From contig JBMORA010000063.1 of assembly GCA_049320885.1 (NCBI GenBank), positions 137,737-201,736 of the forward strand: a stretch of DNA of 64,000 nt, written 5' to 3'. The DNA is from Thermodesulfobacteriota bacterium (GTDB taxonomy: Bacteria; Desulfobacterota; Desulfobacteria; Desulfobacterales; SURF-7). Numbering within the stretch: the stretch's first letter is position 1; every line of letters begins with the position of its first letter. The notes under the pieces are model-generated. The model worked only from the letters and a program-made list of their open reading frames with translations. It did no database searches and was not told where the DNA came from. Below, piece by piece: positions 9,970 through 19,950 of this stretch. The translations under genes and the position numbers were made by a program.

Positions 9970-10010
9970 CCGTCAACTGATCGGCGTAAAACGCCGGCAT
10001 CAGTTGACGG
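9970..10010 (-). other. strong bulged hairpin between Cache gene and MCP gene
   Basis: CCGTCAACTGAT-CGGCG-taaaa-CGCCG-(gc)-ATCAGTTGACGG forms 12+5 bp of perfect pairing. No U-tract follows on either strand. Confidence 0.35.
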
Positions 10011-10074
10011 CGGTGATGGGGATTATTAACCGCCACCTGTCTGGTGGTGGCTCCAATGCGGGTCCGACCGGTGG

Positions 10075-10536
10075 TTATAGATAAACACCCGCCGCCATCA
10101 GCACGTTGGTGCCGGGGACCCGGTAGATATACGTGGATTTGGGCACCGGTTCATTGGAGCCGGGTTTGGGCCACAGATAATCCACCCAGCCCTCGCCTTT
10201 ATCCCTGGCCGTATTGATGAAATCCGCGAAAAAAAGCTTGCCGTTCTTGTCCTTGATGTTGAAAAGATTCTTGCCGATAAGCTGGGGCCTTTCCGGATGG
10301 GCGATATTGGCCTGTTTGTCCATATCGATGCAGAAGACATAACTGTCCTTCCAGACGAACGGCCCCTTCATGTCGTTGATCACTTTCAGGGTTTCCTCCA
10401 GACCTTTTTCCTGGGCCATTTTGGCTGCCTCCTTGCATTTGGCCACCGCCTCTTCCTTTGTGGCCGAATCCTGGGCGAAAGCAAGGGCCGTGACACACAT
10501 CAGCATGGTTGCCATCAACACTACCATCTTTTTCAT
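10075..10536 (-). CDS. secreted single-Cache (sCache_2-like) domain protein
   Basis: The signal peptide is MKKMVVLMATMLMCVTALAFA. The Cache-type C-terminus is GEGWVDYLWPKPGSNEPVPKSTYIYRV. The ATG at 10536 is preceded by AAGGAGG, so the track start at 10608 is probably an extension. Confidence 0.7.
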   Translation of the reverse strand: MKKMVVLMATMLMCVTALAFAQDSATKEEAVAKCKEAAKMAQEKGLEETLKVINDMKGPFVWKDSYVFCIDMDKQANIAHPERPQLIGKNLFNIKDKNGKLFFADFINTARDKGEGWVDYLWPKPGSNEPVPKSTYIYRVPGTNVLMAAGVYL

Positions 10537-10947
10537 GAAAAACCTCCTTGAAATGTTGCTTCGGGTTACGGGAATTGCGGCGGTCATCCGCCGAACCGTT
10601 TTCATCACTCATTCCGCCCGCGGCCGCCCATCCCGGGGCGCCGGTGTCGGAAATCATGGGCTGTTCCATACGAAGTTTCCATCTTCATTGTTACATGCTG
10701 ATTTTTCAGAAAAACAGAGAGTATAAACGGGACAAGGTTGCATTCAGAAAGTTTTGAATTTATAGTATAAATAAATGTTTTTCACCTTTCTGTCAACTTA
10801 TAATTGATGGAATCGTAACAAGCCCCTGCTCCGTTGCTCCCGTGAAAGCGGAAGCCCATACTTGACATATCGGCTGCTGCTTACTAATTACGTAAACAGG
10901 ATTGTACCCCATAGACCGGAACAGCTTAACAAAGGAAACACCAGAAA

Positions 10948-11652
10948 ATGGAAACACCCATCGACCCCGCAACCCTTTCCCCCACTGCCGTCATCGACAG
11001 CGATAACGAAACCATCATCGCCTTTGCCGCCGAAACCATCCGCAATCCGGGGGCGGACGACATCGAAAAAGCCGTGGCTCTGTTTTATGCGGTGCGGGAC
11101 GGGATTTACTATGACCCGTATTATCCGTTTTACCTTCCCGAACATTACCGGGCCAGCAACGTGCTGAAAAGCGGCAAAGGCTACTGCGTCAGCAAGGCGG
11201 TGCTGCTGTGCGCCCTCGGACGGGCCGCCGGCATCCCGTCCAGGCTCGGGTTCGCCACCGTCACCAACCATCTCGCCACCAAACAGCTTGTGGAAACCCT
11301 GGGGTCGAATATTTTCGTCTACCACGGGTTCACCGAATTGCATCTGGACGGCAAATGGGTCAAGGCCACGCCGACCTTCAACATCGAACTCTGCCATCGT
11401 CACAACGTGGCGCCCCTGGATTTCAACGGCCGGGAGGATTCCATTTTTCATGCCTATGACCGCAGCCACAAACGCTTCATGGAATATCTGGAATTTCACG
11501 GTTCCTATGCGGATCTGCCCCTGGAGCAGATTCTATCCGCCTGGAAAAAGGTGTACGGCGAAGACCGCGTCAACCTGTGGATTCAGATGTTTGAAAATGC
11601 CAAACCGGGCACTGAGCGCAATTTCATGGAAGAAGATGTCCACCAATCGTAA
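10948..11652 (+). CDS. transglutaminase-like cysteine protease-fold protein
   Basis: The transglutaminase core contains SGKGYCVSKAVLLCALGRAAGIPSRLGF, followed by conserved His and Asp positions (YHGFTELHLDGKW). Confidence 0.7.
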   Translation: METPIDPATLSPTAVIDSDNETIIAFAAETIRNPGADDIEKAVALFYAVRDGIYYDPYYPFYLPEHYRASNVLKSGKGYCVSKAVLLCALGRAAGIPSRLGFATVTNHLATKQLVETLGSNIFVYHGFTELHLDGKWVKATPTFNIELCHRHNVAPLDFNGREDSIFHAYDRSHKRFMEYLEFHGSYADLPLEQILSAWKKVYGEDRVNLWIQMFENAKPGTERNFMEEDVHQS

Positions 11653-11669
11653 CAGCCGCCGCGGAACCT

Positions 11670-14600
11670 TCACGTTGATTTGTCGAGCACGCTTCGAACC
11701 ACATGCGCCATCGTCTGTTGCCGGACAGGTTTCATGATCATTGCGGCAGCTCCGGCTTTCAGGGGTTTTTCCGGTGCAATCCGTTCACTGAACCCGGTAC
11801 ATAATATCACCGGCAGTCCGGGCCGGATTCTCCGGATCTGTTCCGCCAGTTCATCACCGGTCATGTACGGCATGGTGACATCGGAAATCACCAGATCGAA
11901 TTGCCCGGCCCTGGCGCGGATCGCTTCCAGGGCCTCGGCGCTGCCGTTGCAGGAAGACACCTGATATCCCAGATCCTCCAGCATTTCCCGCAACATTTCG
12001 ACGATCATGGGCTCGTCGTCCACGATCAGGACATGCTCCGTCCCGGTGGGCAGCGGAAGGACCGCGCCCTCGGTTTCAAGACCTTTTTCCTTGCCGAACA
12101 CGGGAAAATAAATCGTGAAAACCGTCCCCTTTCCGGGTTCGCTTTCCACGAGAAGACTGCCGCCGTGTTCCTTGACGATCCCGTGAACCAGGGACAATCC
12201 CAGCCCTGTGCCCTTGCCTTCCGGTTTGGTGGTGAAAAACGGATCGAAAATTTTGCCGATAATGTCGGCTGAAATGCCGCATCCCGAGTCCTGCACCGTC
12301 AGCCGGGCGTAACGACCGGGCGCCGTATCGATCAGTTCCCGGGCGACCTCGGGGCCGAGTTCCACTTCCTTCAGGGACACCTCCAGCCGTCCGCCGGCTT
12401 CCTCCATGGCATGATAGGCGTTGGTGCACAGATTCATGATAATCTGATGAATCTGGGTCGGATTCCCCAACACGGGCCTGCAATCGGTATCGATGTCCTG
12501 GACGATCTCGATGGTCGTTGGTATCGATGCCCGTAGCAATTTCATGCCCTCCTTGATAACCGGATGCAGGAGCATGGGTTTCATTTCATGCTCGCTCCGG
12601 CGACTGAAGGTCAGAATCTGTTGAACCAGTTCCCCCGCTCTCCCGGCGGCGGCCAGCACCCGCTCCAGATAATTCCGCGGCCGGCTGTCCCCTTCCGGCA
12701 AGTGCCGCATGGCCACTTCGGTATACCCGATGATGGGATACAAGATATTGTTGAAATCATGGGCGATGCCGCCCGCCAGGGTGCCGATGGATTCCATCCG
12801 CTGGGCTTGCAGGAGCTGTTTCTCCATCCTTTTGCTTTCAGTGACATCCCGCGCGAAACAGAGAACCGCCTTGTATTCCTCCCAGGAGATGAGGACGGCG
12901 TTCATCTGCACCCAGATGACGTCCTTGCTCGGATTGACGATGCGAAATGTCCATGGGCTGGCAATCCCTTCCCCCCGGGAGCATTTTGCCAGATGTTCCA
13001 AGACCGCCGGTGCATCGTCGGGATGGAGGAGTTCGAGCAAGGAAGTCCGCGACAACGCTTCGGCGGTGAATCCCAGTAGTTCGAGGGTTCTGGGGTTGCC
13101 GAACAGAAAGTGACCGTTCTGCAAAAGGAAGATGGCGTCCTGGGCGTTTTCCACCAGCAGACGATATTTTTCTTCGGAACGTTTCAGGGTTTCCATGGCC
13201 CGTTTCCGATCGGTGATATCAGGAAAAACCACCACGCCGGCGGCGATTCCCCCGCTCTCATCCCTCACCGGCGCTGCATTCCCCAGCACCCACCGTTCCT
13301 CCCCATCCCTGCGCTTGATGACGATTTCCGCATTTTGAATGATCTTGCCTTCCTTGACGGCCTGAAGCAGCGGCAGTTCGTCATGGGTCATCAGACGCCC
13401 ATCGGGATGAAACCCTTCCCATTGATCCGGATGCAGATCACCCAGGATCTCAACCGCCGCCTTGTTGGCAATACGCAGTTTCAAATTCGGTGCATCCACG
13501 ATGATAATACCGGCGGGTGTTTGCTCCACGGCGGCTGTCAACAGGGCCTGGGCCCTTCCCAACTCCTCCTCGGCTTGCCTTCTTTTGGCGACATCCTCTA
13601 CCAGATCCTGGTTCACCTTTTCCAGTTCCATGGTTTTCGTCTGCAGTTTCGCCAGCATCTGGTTGAACGTATCCGCCAGGATGCCGATCTCATCCATCCG
13701 TCGCAGGTTCAACCGGGCGGAAAGATCGCCGCTGGTTCCGATCGCCTGGACGTGCTGAATGAGTTTCATGATGGGATCGAGCAGAATCCGCCGGGTCAGG
13801 AACAGGACGATCATCAGCATGAAAAAAGCGGCCGCTGCGATGGAGGATACGGCGTATCGGACGGTGATGTCCCCCTGTCTTGATATTTTCCTCGGGATGG
13901 TGGCCTGCAACAACAGGGCTGTTTTTTGATCTATGTCCGGAAACGTGCCATAAATATTCAAGTGATCCTTATCCGCATTCCGGATGATATGCCGGCTGCC
14001 GGACTCCATCAGCTGGAGGACCTCGCGCTTCTCGCCCGTAAATTCCTCCAGTCCAATGGGGAAGATGTCAAAGTCAACCTGGGCCTGCGCCATCAGGGCT
14101 GAAACCAGCTCACGGCCCAGGAACCGGCACATGATGACGGCCCCCCGGACAGGGCCTTCATTTTTACTGGTGATAATCGGCCGGGAAGCCACCAATAACG
14201 GCCCCCGTTGCGTCATCATCACGCCGATCACCGATTTTTCCGTCAGCGGTTTCCGTATCGATTCCCAGGCGACCAGCGGATGATCCGGGGGTAACTGATC
14301 CGGCAGGATATCCTGCCGCGTTATCTGTTCCCCGGTATCCGGATGAACCATATTCCCCCAAACCAGGGCGCCACCTTCGTTGTAAAAACAGATGAGGTTC
14401 AGCTTGTTGGTAACGAAGGTTTCAACGGGCAGGTTGGTTTCAATATACGCAGGCGTCATGGATCGAACGAATTCGATGGTGTCGTCCCAGGCGGACCAGT
14501 CATGACACAAGGAGTCCAGGTGGTAGACCTCCCGCCTCAGGGATTGAAGACAGCGGTTGAGATCCCGCACCGCCTCCTGGTGTTCCAGCGCCAGGAAACT

Positions 14601-14705
14601 GGGATAGACAATGAAGCGTTGGACAGCGTAATCCGCCGTTCCATAGAGGATGAACAACCCCAGGAATATGGCCGGGAGCTTGGTTTTTATGGAGTTCAAG
14701 TTCAC
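11670..14705 (-). CDS. hybrid sensor histidine kinase/response regulator (CHASE4-HAMP-PAS-PAS-HisKA-HATPase-REC)
   Basis: It has a CHASE4-like periplasmic segment (DSLCHDWSAWDDTIEFV), a HAMP domain, two PAS modules, an H-box (GGIAHDFNNIL), a G-box (GKGTGLGLSLVHGIV) and a C-terminal REC (DLVISDVTMPYMTG). The proposed GTG start at 14705 overlaps the glgP stop as GTGA. The track start at 14912 would overlap glgP by about 210 nt. Confidence 0.85.
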   Translation of the reverse strand: MNLNSIKTKLPAIFLGLFILYGTADYAVQRFIVYPSFLALEHQEAVRDLNRCLQSLRREVYHLDSLCHDWSAWDDTIEFVRSMTPAYIETNLPVETFVTNKLNLICFYNEGGALVWGNMVHPDTGEQITRQDILPDQLPPDHPLVAWESIRKPLTEKSVIGVMMTQRGPLLVASRPIITSKNEGPVRGAVIMCRFLGRELVSALMAQAQVDFDIFPIGLEEFTGEKREVLQLMESGSRHIIRNADKDHLNIYGTFPDIDQKTALLLQATIPRKISRQGDITVRYAVSSIAAAAFFMLMIVLFLTRRILLDPIMKLIQHVQAIGTSGDLSARLNLRRMDEIGILADTFNQMLAKLQTKTMELEKVNQDLVEDVAKRRQAEEELGRAQALLTAAVEQTPAGIIIVDAPNLKLRIANKAAVEILGDLHPDQWEGFHPDGRLMTHDELPLLQAVKEGKIIQNAEIVIKRRDGEERWVLGNAAPVRDESGGIAAGVVVFPDITDRKRAMETLKRSEEKYRLLVENAQDAIFLLQNGHFLFGNPRTLELLGFTAEALSRTSLLELLHPDDAPAVLEHLAKCSRGEGIASPWTFRIVNPSKDVIWVQMNAVLISWEEYKAVLCFARDVTESKRMEKQLLQAQRMESIGTLAGGIAHDFNNILYPIIGYTEVAMRHLPEGDSRPRNYLERVLAAAGRAGELVQQILTFSRRSEHEMKPMLLHPVIKEGMKLLRASIPTTIEIVQDIDTDCRPVLGNPTQIHQIIMNLCTNAYHAMEEAGGRLEVSLKEVELGPEVARELIDTAPGRYARLTVQDSGCGISADIIGKIFDPFFTTKPEGKGTGLGLSLVHGIVKEHGGSLLVESEPGKGTVFTIYFPVFGKEKGLETEGAVLPLPTGTEHVLIVDDEPMIVEMLREMLEDLGYQVSSCNGSAEALEAIRARAGQFDLVISDVTMPYMTGDELAEQIRRIRPGLPVILCTGFSERIAPEKPLKAGAAAMIMKPVRQQTMAHVVRSVLDKST

Positions 14706-17209
14706 CTGCTTTTTTTGGATTTCAAATGGATGGGAACTTTTTCGATCCTCCAGATTCCATCGCAGTATTCCCGGATGGCCCGATCCGACGAGAACTGCCC
14801 CATGCGGGCGACATTCGCCATGGACATGCGCGTCCACAGTTCCGGGTCCAGGTATGTCCGGTTGACCCTGTCCTGGGCCTCGATGTACGCCTGATAATCC
14901 GCCAGAAGACAATAGGAATCATGATTCAGGAGGGATTCAACCAGGTTCCTGAACAGATCCCGGTCTCCGCCGGCCAGGGCTCCCGAAGCGATCAAATCCA
15001 GAACCTCGCGCAGCTGAGCGTTGTGCTCATAATACTCCCGCGGCCGGTAGCCCCGCGCGTGGAGATCCTGAATCTCATCGGCCGTGAGACCGAACAGGAA
15101 AAAATTGTCGGGCCCGACCTCCCGGCGAATCTCGACATTGGCTCCGTCCAGGGTGCCGATGGTCAGGGCGCCGTTCATGGAAAACTTCATGTTGCCGGTG
15201 CCGGAGGCTTCCTTTCCGGCCGTGGAAATCTGTTCGGAAAGATCCGCGGCCGGATAGATGGCGTGGCTGTTTTTGACATTGAAATCCGGAAAGAAGACGA
15301 CTTTCAAGCGTCCCCGGATATCCGGATCGTTGTTCACCAGCTCGGCGGTGGAGTTGATCAGCTTGATCATGAGTTTGGCCGTGACATAGCCCGGCGCCGC
15401 TTTCCCCCCGAAGATACATGTCCGGGGAGGCGCCTCCAGCCGGGGATCCCGCTTGAGTCTCAGGTACAGCGTCAGGATATGCAGCACATTCAAATGCTGG
15501 CGCTTGTATTCATGGATCCGTTTGACGTGGATATCGAAGAGGGAATGCGGGTCGACCGGGATACCGGTCCTTTTATGGATCAGGGCGGCCAGGGATTGCT
15601 TGTTGGTCAATTTGGCATTGCGCCATTCCGCGCGGAAATCGGGATCGTCCATGAATTCCTCGATGGCGTTGATCCGGCTGAGATCGCTGATCCATCCCCG
15701 GCCGATCCGGGAGGAAATCAGCTCGGTCAGGCAAGGATTCGCCAGGACCATGAACCGGCGCTGGGTAACGCCGTTGGTAACATTGGTGAACTTCTCCGGC
15801 CAGAGCCTGAAAAAATCCCGTAAAACATCCCGCTTCAGCAATTCGCTGTGAAGCCCGGCCACGCCGTTGATGGTATGGCTGCCGACGCAGGCAAGGTTGG
15901 CCATGCGCACATAGCGTTCTCCGGCTTCATCGATCAGGGACAGTCTTTCCGCGAGTCCGGAATCTTCCGGATATCGCTCCCGGACATCGGCCAGGAAACG
16001 GGCGTTGATCTCATGGATGATCTCAAGATGACGCGGCAACAGGCGCTGAAAGAGCGGAAGCGGCCATTTTTCCAAGGCTTCCGGAAGCAGGGTATGGTTG
16101 GTGTAGGAGAACGTGCCCTGCACGATCTCCCAGGCCGGCTCCCATTTCATACCGCGTTCATCGATGAAAATCCTCATCAGTTCGGCAACGGCGACGGCGG
16201 GATGGGTGTCGTTCAATTGCACGGCGTACTTGACGTGAAAGCTGGAGAGATCGGCTTTTTTCTGCTCATAAATCCGCAGCATGTCCTGCAGGGAGCAGGA
16301 AACGAAAAAATACTGCTGCAACAACCGAAGTTCCTTGCCCGCGGCCGGCTCATCGTTGGGATAGAGGACTTTGGTGATATTTTCCGACACCATCTTGTCT
16401 TCCACCGAACCGTAATAATCCCCCACGTTGAAGGCCTGAAGATCGAAGGATTCGCAAGCTTCGGCCTTCCACAGCCGCAACAGGTTGGCCGTATTGACGG
16501 CATACCCTAAAATGGGGGTGTCATAGGGGATGCCCCGGATAACCCGGTCCGGAATCCAGCGGACTTTATAGCGTCCATTCTCGTCATGATACGCCTCGGT
16601 TCGTCCCCCGGCCTTTACTTCCAGGGCCAGCTCCGGATGGGCGATCTCCCATGGATTTCCCAGGCGCAGCCATTTATCCGTGACCTCGACCTGCCAGCCG
16701 TCCTTGATTTCCTGATCAAATATACCGAATTCATAGCGGATGCCGTAACCGATGGCGGGGATGCTCAGGGTGGCGAGGGAATCCATGTAGCATGCGGCGA
16801 GGCGTCCCAAACCGCCGTTTCCCAGCCCGGGCTCCTCCTCTTGCTCGATCAGGCGGTCCAGATGGAGGCCCAGCTCCTTCAGGGCCCGGCGGGTTTGATG
16901 GTCGATACCGAGGTTGATCAAATTGTTGGCCAGATGAGGCCCCAGCAGGAATTCGGCGGAAAGGTAACACACGGTCCGGCTGGCCTTTTCGCGGTAGGTC
17001 TCGGCGGTGTTGATCCAGCGGTACAGCAACCTGTCACGCACGGTATAGGCCAGGGCGAGATAATAATCGTTGGGCGTGGCCACCGCCGGAAACCTGGCCT
17101 GATGATAAAACAGATTATCGATGAAATCCTGTTTGATGGCCTTTACGCTGCAGCCGGTGCGCGCGTTCTCCGGTTCCCGGTAAGCAGGTTTGACGGGTTT
17201 TACGGTCAT
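14702..17209 (-). CDS. glgP: glycogen/alpha-glucan phosphorylase
   Basis: It is 835 aa with GT35 hallmarks, including the PLP-lysine motif EASGTGNMKFSMNGALTIGTLDGANVE and LGNGGLGRLAAC. Confidence 0.93.
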   Translation of the reverse strand: MTVKPVKPAYREPENARTGCSVKAIKQDFIDNLFYHQARFPAVATPNDYYLALAYTVRDRLLYRWINTAETYREKASRTVCYLSAEFLLGPHLANNLINLGIDHQTRRALKELGLHLDRLIEQEEEPGLGNGGLGRLAACYMDSLATLSIPAIGYGIRYEFGIFDQEIKDGWQVEVTDKWLRLGNPWEIAHPELALEVKAGGRTEAYHDENGRYKVRWIPDRVIRGIPYDTPILGYAVNTANLLRLWKAEACESFDLQAFNVGDYYGSVEDKMVSENITKVLYPNDEPAAGKELRLLQQYFFVSCSLQDMLRIYEQKKADLSSFHVKYAVQLNDTHPAVAVAELMRIFIDERGMKWEPAWEIVQGTFSYTNHTLLPEALEKWPLPLFQRLLPRHLEIIHEINARFLADVRERYPEDSGLAERLSLIDEAGERYVRMANLACVGSHTINGVAGLHSELLKRDVLRDFFRLWPEKFTNVTNGVTQRRFMVLANPCLTELISSRIGRGWISDLSRINAIEEFMDDPDFRAEWRNAKLTNKQSLAALIHKRTGIPVDPHSLFDIHVKRIHEYKRQHLNVLHILTLYLRLKRDPRLEAPPRTCIFGGKAAPGYVTAKLMIKLINSTAELVNNDPDIRGRLKVVFFPDFNVKNSHAIYPAADLSEQISTAGKEASGTGNMKFSMNGALTIGTLDGANVEIRREVGPDNFFLFGLTADEIQDLHARGYRPREYYEHNAQLREVLDLIASGALAGGDRDLFRNLVESLLNHDSYCLLADYQAYIEAQDRVNRTYLDPELWTRMSMANVARMGQFSSDRAIREYCDGIWRIEKVPIHLKSKKSR

Positions 17210-17255
17210 AAGCGGATATCCTTGCAGGTAAGCCGCCCGTTATGCGGGCGGCGGT

Positions 17256-19934
17256 TCACTCCACCGGACGGCCTTCGGAATAGGAAACCGTCTCGACTAC
17301 CGGCATGTCACCCATGCCGTGCTCCGTATAGATCGGGATATCCGTCAGGCTGATCGCCCAGGACTCGTCCATCTCCAGCCCGCCGGGATCGTCGACCGAA
17401 AGCAGGAACAGACTTCTCTCCAGGGGTTTGACGACGTAGACCGCGCCGGTGGTTGTTTCCGTCAGCAGGGTGCCGGCCGGCAGGTTGATGATCTTATCCC
17501 GGATGGCCCGGGTCACGACCCACCCGGACTTTTCCAGTTCTTCATACAAATCCGGCAGCCCCATCATCCAGCCGTCATACCCCAGGGACAAAGTCCGGGC
17601 CTGTCCGGCGCCGTTTGTTAAGGCGATGTCATCGAACCTCAGGGGGTCGTCCAGCAGTTTGTAATCGTTCCCCTCCATCAGATAGGTCACCCCGCCCGCT
17701 CCCGAAGCGTCATATTCCCAGTTGAAGGACACGCTCTCGCCGCCGATGACCGCCTCAATCCCCCACAGCGCGGGCGCGATATCCCCCTTGGCGGCCAAGG
17801 GGACGCCGTTGGCATCGATATCGTTGTCGCCGATGCGGTCGTATACCAGCATCATATAATCCGGATGAGTCGGATCGGTGACGAACCGGTAGGTCGAATT
17901 GGCGTCCGGATTCCACTGGTCATAAAAAACCGTCGTGTTTCCTTCCGGTAACACGGACGCGAGGTTCACCGGATTGCAGGCCGTCTGGATTTCGTTTTTG
18001 ACGGTGATAACGCCGGCGCTTTTCCGGACCACATAGGCCGTTCCCTGCATGTCCATATACACTTCCAGTCCCTCCGGGAACAGGAACGCCCGGTCCGCGC
18101 CTTCCACGAATTTGGGCGTCCACGTGAATTCGTCGAAATAATCCAGCTGTTTTTCCACCCAGCCGACGGCGGCGCCTTTGTATTCAATGAAAATTCGGCC
18201 CCAGATATCGACCCAGAGCCGATCGACGCTGTCGGTATCGATGGGCACCCTGGGGAAGAACGGCTGTGCGATGATTCCCGAATCGCCCTGGATTTCTTCC
18301 GCCTCGTAAAAGCCGGCTTTGCCGCCATTCACCGCGGCGGCTTCCTCGTAAACGTAGATTTTTTCCTCCATGGTCTGCCAGTCCCAGCCCCGGATGGAGA
18401 CGGCTTTACCGGAACCGGTTGCACCGCCCACCAGGGTATTCAGCCCCACAGTCGCGTCGAAGTCTTCGAATTTTCCGGATGCGCAGACCGGAGGATCGGC
18501 GGCCCAGTCCATCCGGGAGCAATATTCCCAGGCGCCGTCGTTATAGAACAGGTTGTAGTTCTGATTGATCATGACCTCTGCGGGAATATTCTGGATATCG
18601 ATGAGATCGGCTTCCTGATAAGTCCTTTTCACCAGAACCCCGCCGAATGACCTTCCCACCGTATATTCCTCCGCCGGCCGGTTCGGCGGAAGATCTTCGC
18701 GGGAAACCACGATTCCCATGGAGACAGGGCTCCCGTCATGGGTCCAGATCTCGTGACGTCCCCGCCAGACGCCGTAATAGGCGTGCTTTTCGACGCCTTC
18801 TTCCGTGTAGCGGATGGGGAAACCGAAGGATTTGGTCTTCAGGACATCGTCGCCGCTTTCGGCCTGATACACGCCGTAGCGGTGGGTCATCATGACCATG
18901 TGATTTCTGTCCCGGTACTCCACCTCTCCGTCCTGGCCCTCCTGGACGGCCAGATAGCCGTCGTTGTAGGCATAAACGGCCGTGCGGTGGGGCACGCCCC
19001 CTGATTGATCGCAATCCGGACAGAAATAGGCGTCATAATCCGGATAGTAAATCTTCCCGTATCCGCGGGAGGCCGACCGGTACATCACGGCCTTGGTTTT
19101 GACATCCAGTCCCTCTTCCCCGATCTGTCCCATGCCCGACAATTTCTGATACAATCGGATTTTGGCGAATCCGTTTTGCGCCGGCCGGCAATCGGCCACG
19201 AAATAGTCTTCGTCGCCGATTTCATCCAGTTTGACGTTCATGTCCCATACACCGTAATCCTGATAGGTGCCGTCGGTGTTCAGCACCGGAGGAGAGTAAA
19301 TTCTGAATTCCGCCTTGATGACCGGCGTGGCGGATTCAGAGATTTTTTCAATCCAGGCCTGCACCAGCAGGTATGGTTGCTCACCGTCCGTCACCGCTTC
19401 GGATTGGACCAGCCAGTTCTCCAGTTTCTTCTGAGTGCGGCCCTCGTTTTTCTCCTCGACCGCCACCATGGCTCTGTAGGGTCCGTTGCCGATCTCCTTT
19501 TCGTATTCCGTCTGGTCGATGGCCCTCAGGATCTCCTCCAGCATGGCGAACTGTTCCAAGGTGTTTTCCTCGACATAGGTCCGGGTGACGGCGGTGGCGT
19601 AATCCGTTCCGGGATCAGCGGCGTCATGCGGAATCCCGTCCGCGGCTTCCATTCCGGAAGGAGATTCCGCCCCGCTCGATACCGGAACCGCCGACAGTTC
19701 GCTCGGCATGGTATACCGCGCCAGCTGGCTCCGGACCTCATCGGGATTGACGGGAACCGTGCCGCTGTCGCTCAATACATTGGCGCCGTGGTCGACGCTG
19801 CAGGCGTTCAAGGCCGCGACCGTCAGCAGCAGCAATCCAAGACGGACAGCCCGTCCGGCAAGGCGCAACAGCCCACCGGATTCGTCATTCCCAAATGAAT
19901 CATTGCCCGCCGGTTTCCATCCTTGTAACATCAT
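17256..19934 (-). CDS. large acidic lipoprotein of unknown function (892 aa)
   Basis: A lipobox is present (LLLLTVAALNAC|S). The ATG at 19934 is preceded by GAGGGAGG. I recognise no catalytic or repeat motif. The protein is rich in aromatic and acidic residues. Confidence 0.6.
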   Translation of the reverse strand: MMLQGWKPAGNDSFGNDESGGLLRLAGRAVRLGLLLLTVAALNACSVDHGANVLSDSGTVPVNPDEVRSQLARYTMPSELSAVPVSSGAESPSGMEAADGIPHDAADPGTDYATAVTRTYVEENTLEQFAMLEEILRAIDQTEYEKEIGNGPYRAMVAVEEKNEGRTQKKLENWLVQSEAVTDGEQPYLLVQAWIEKISESATPVIKAEFRIYSPPVLNTDGTYQDYGVWDMNVKLDEIGDEDYFVADCRPAQNGFAKIRLYQKLSGMGQIGEEGLDVKTKAVMYRSASRGYGKIYYPDYDAYFCPDCDQSGGVPHRTAVYAYNDGYLAVQEGQDGEVEYRDRNHMVMMTHRYGVYQAESGDDVLKTKSFGFPIRYTEEGVEKHAYYGVWRGRHEIWTHDGSPVSMGIVVSREDLPPNRPAEEYTVGRSFGGVLVKRTYQEADLIDIQNIPAEVMINQNYNLFYNDGAWEYCSRMDWAADPPVCASGKFEDFDATVGLNTLVGGATGSGKAVSIRGWDWQTMEEKIYVYEEAAAVNGGKAGFYEAEEIQGDSGIIAQPFFPRVPIDTDSVDRLWVDIWGRIFIEYKGAAVGWVEKQLDYFDEFTWTPKFVEGADRAFLFPEGLEVYMDMQGTAYVVRKSAGVITVKNEIQTACNPVNLASVLPEGNTTVFYDQWNPDANSTYRFVTDPTHPDYMMLVYDRIGDNDIDANGVPLAAKGDIAPALWGIEAVIGGESVSFNWEYDASGAGGVTYLMEGNDYKLLDDPLRFDDIALTNGAGQARTLSLGYDGWMMGLPDLYEELEKSGWVVTRAIRDKIINLPAGTLLTETTTGAVYVVKPLERSLFLLSVDDPGGLEMDESWAISLTDIPIYTEHGMGDMPVVETVSYSEGRPVE

Positions 19935-19950
19935 GGTGCGCCTCCCTCTT

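Noticed and set aside
10537-10947. Candidate divergent promoters (TTGACA-N17-TAATTA on plus; TTGACA-N17-TATTTA on minus) and a possible riboswitch in the ~250-nt Cache leader
   Set aside because: Both -10 hexamers lack the invariant final T. I recognise no known riboswitch core.
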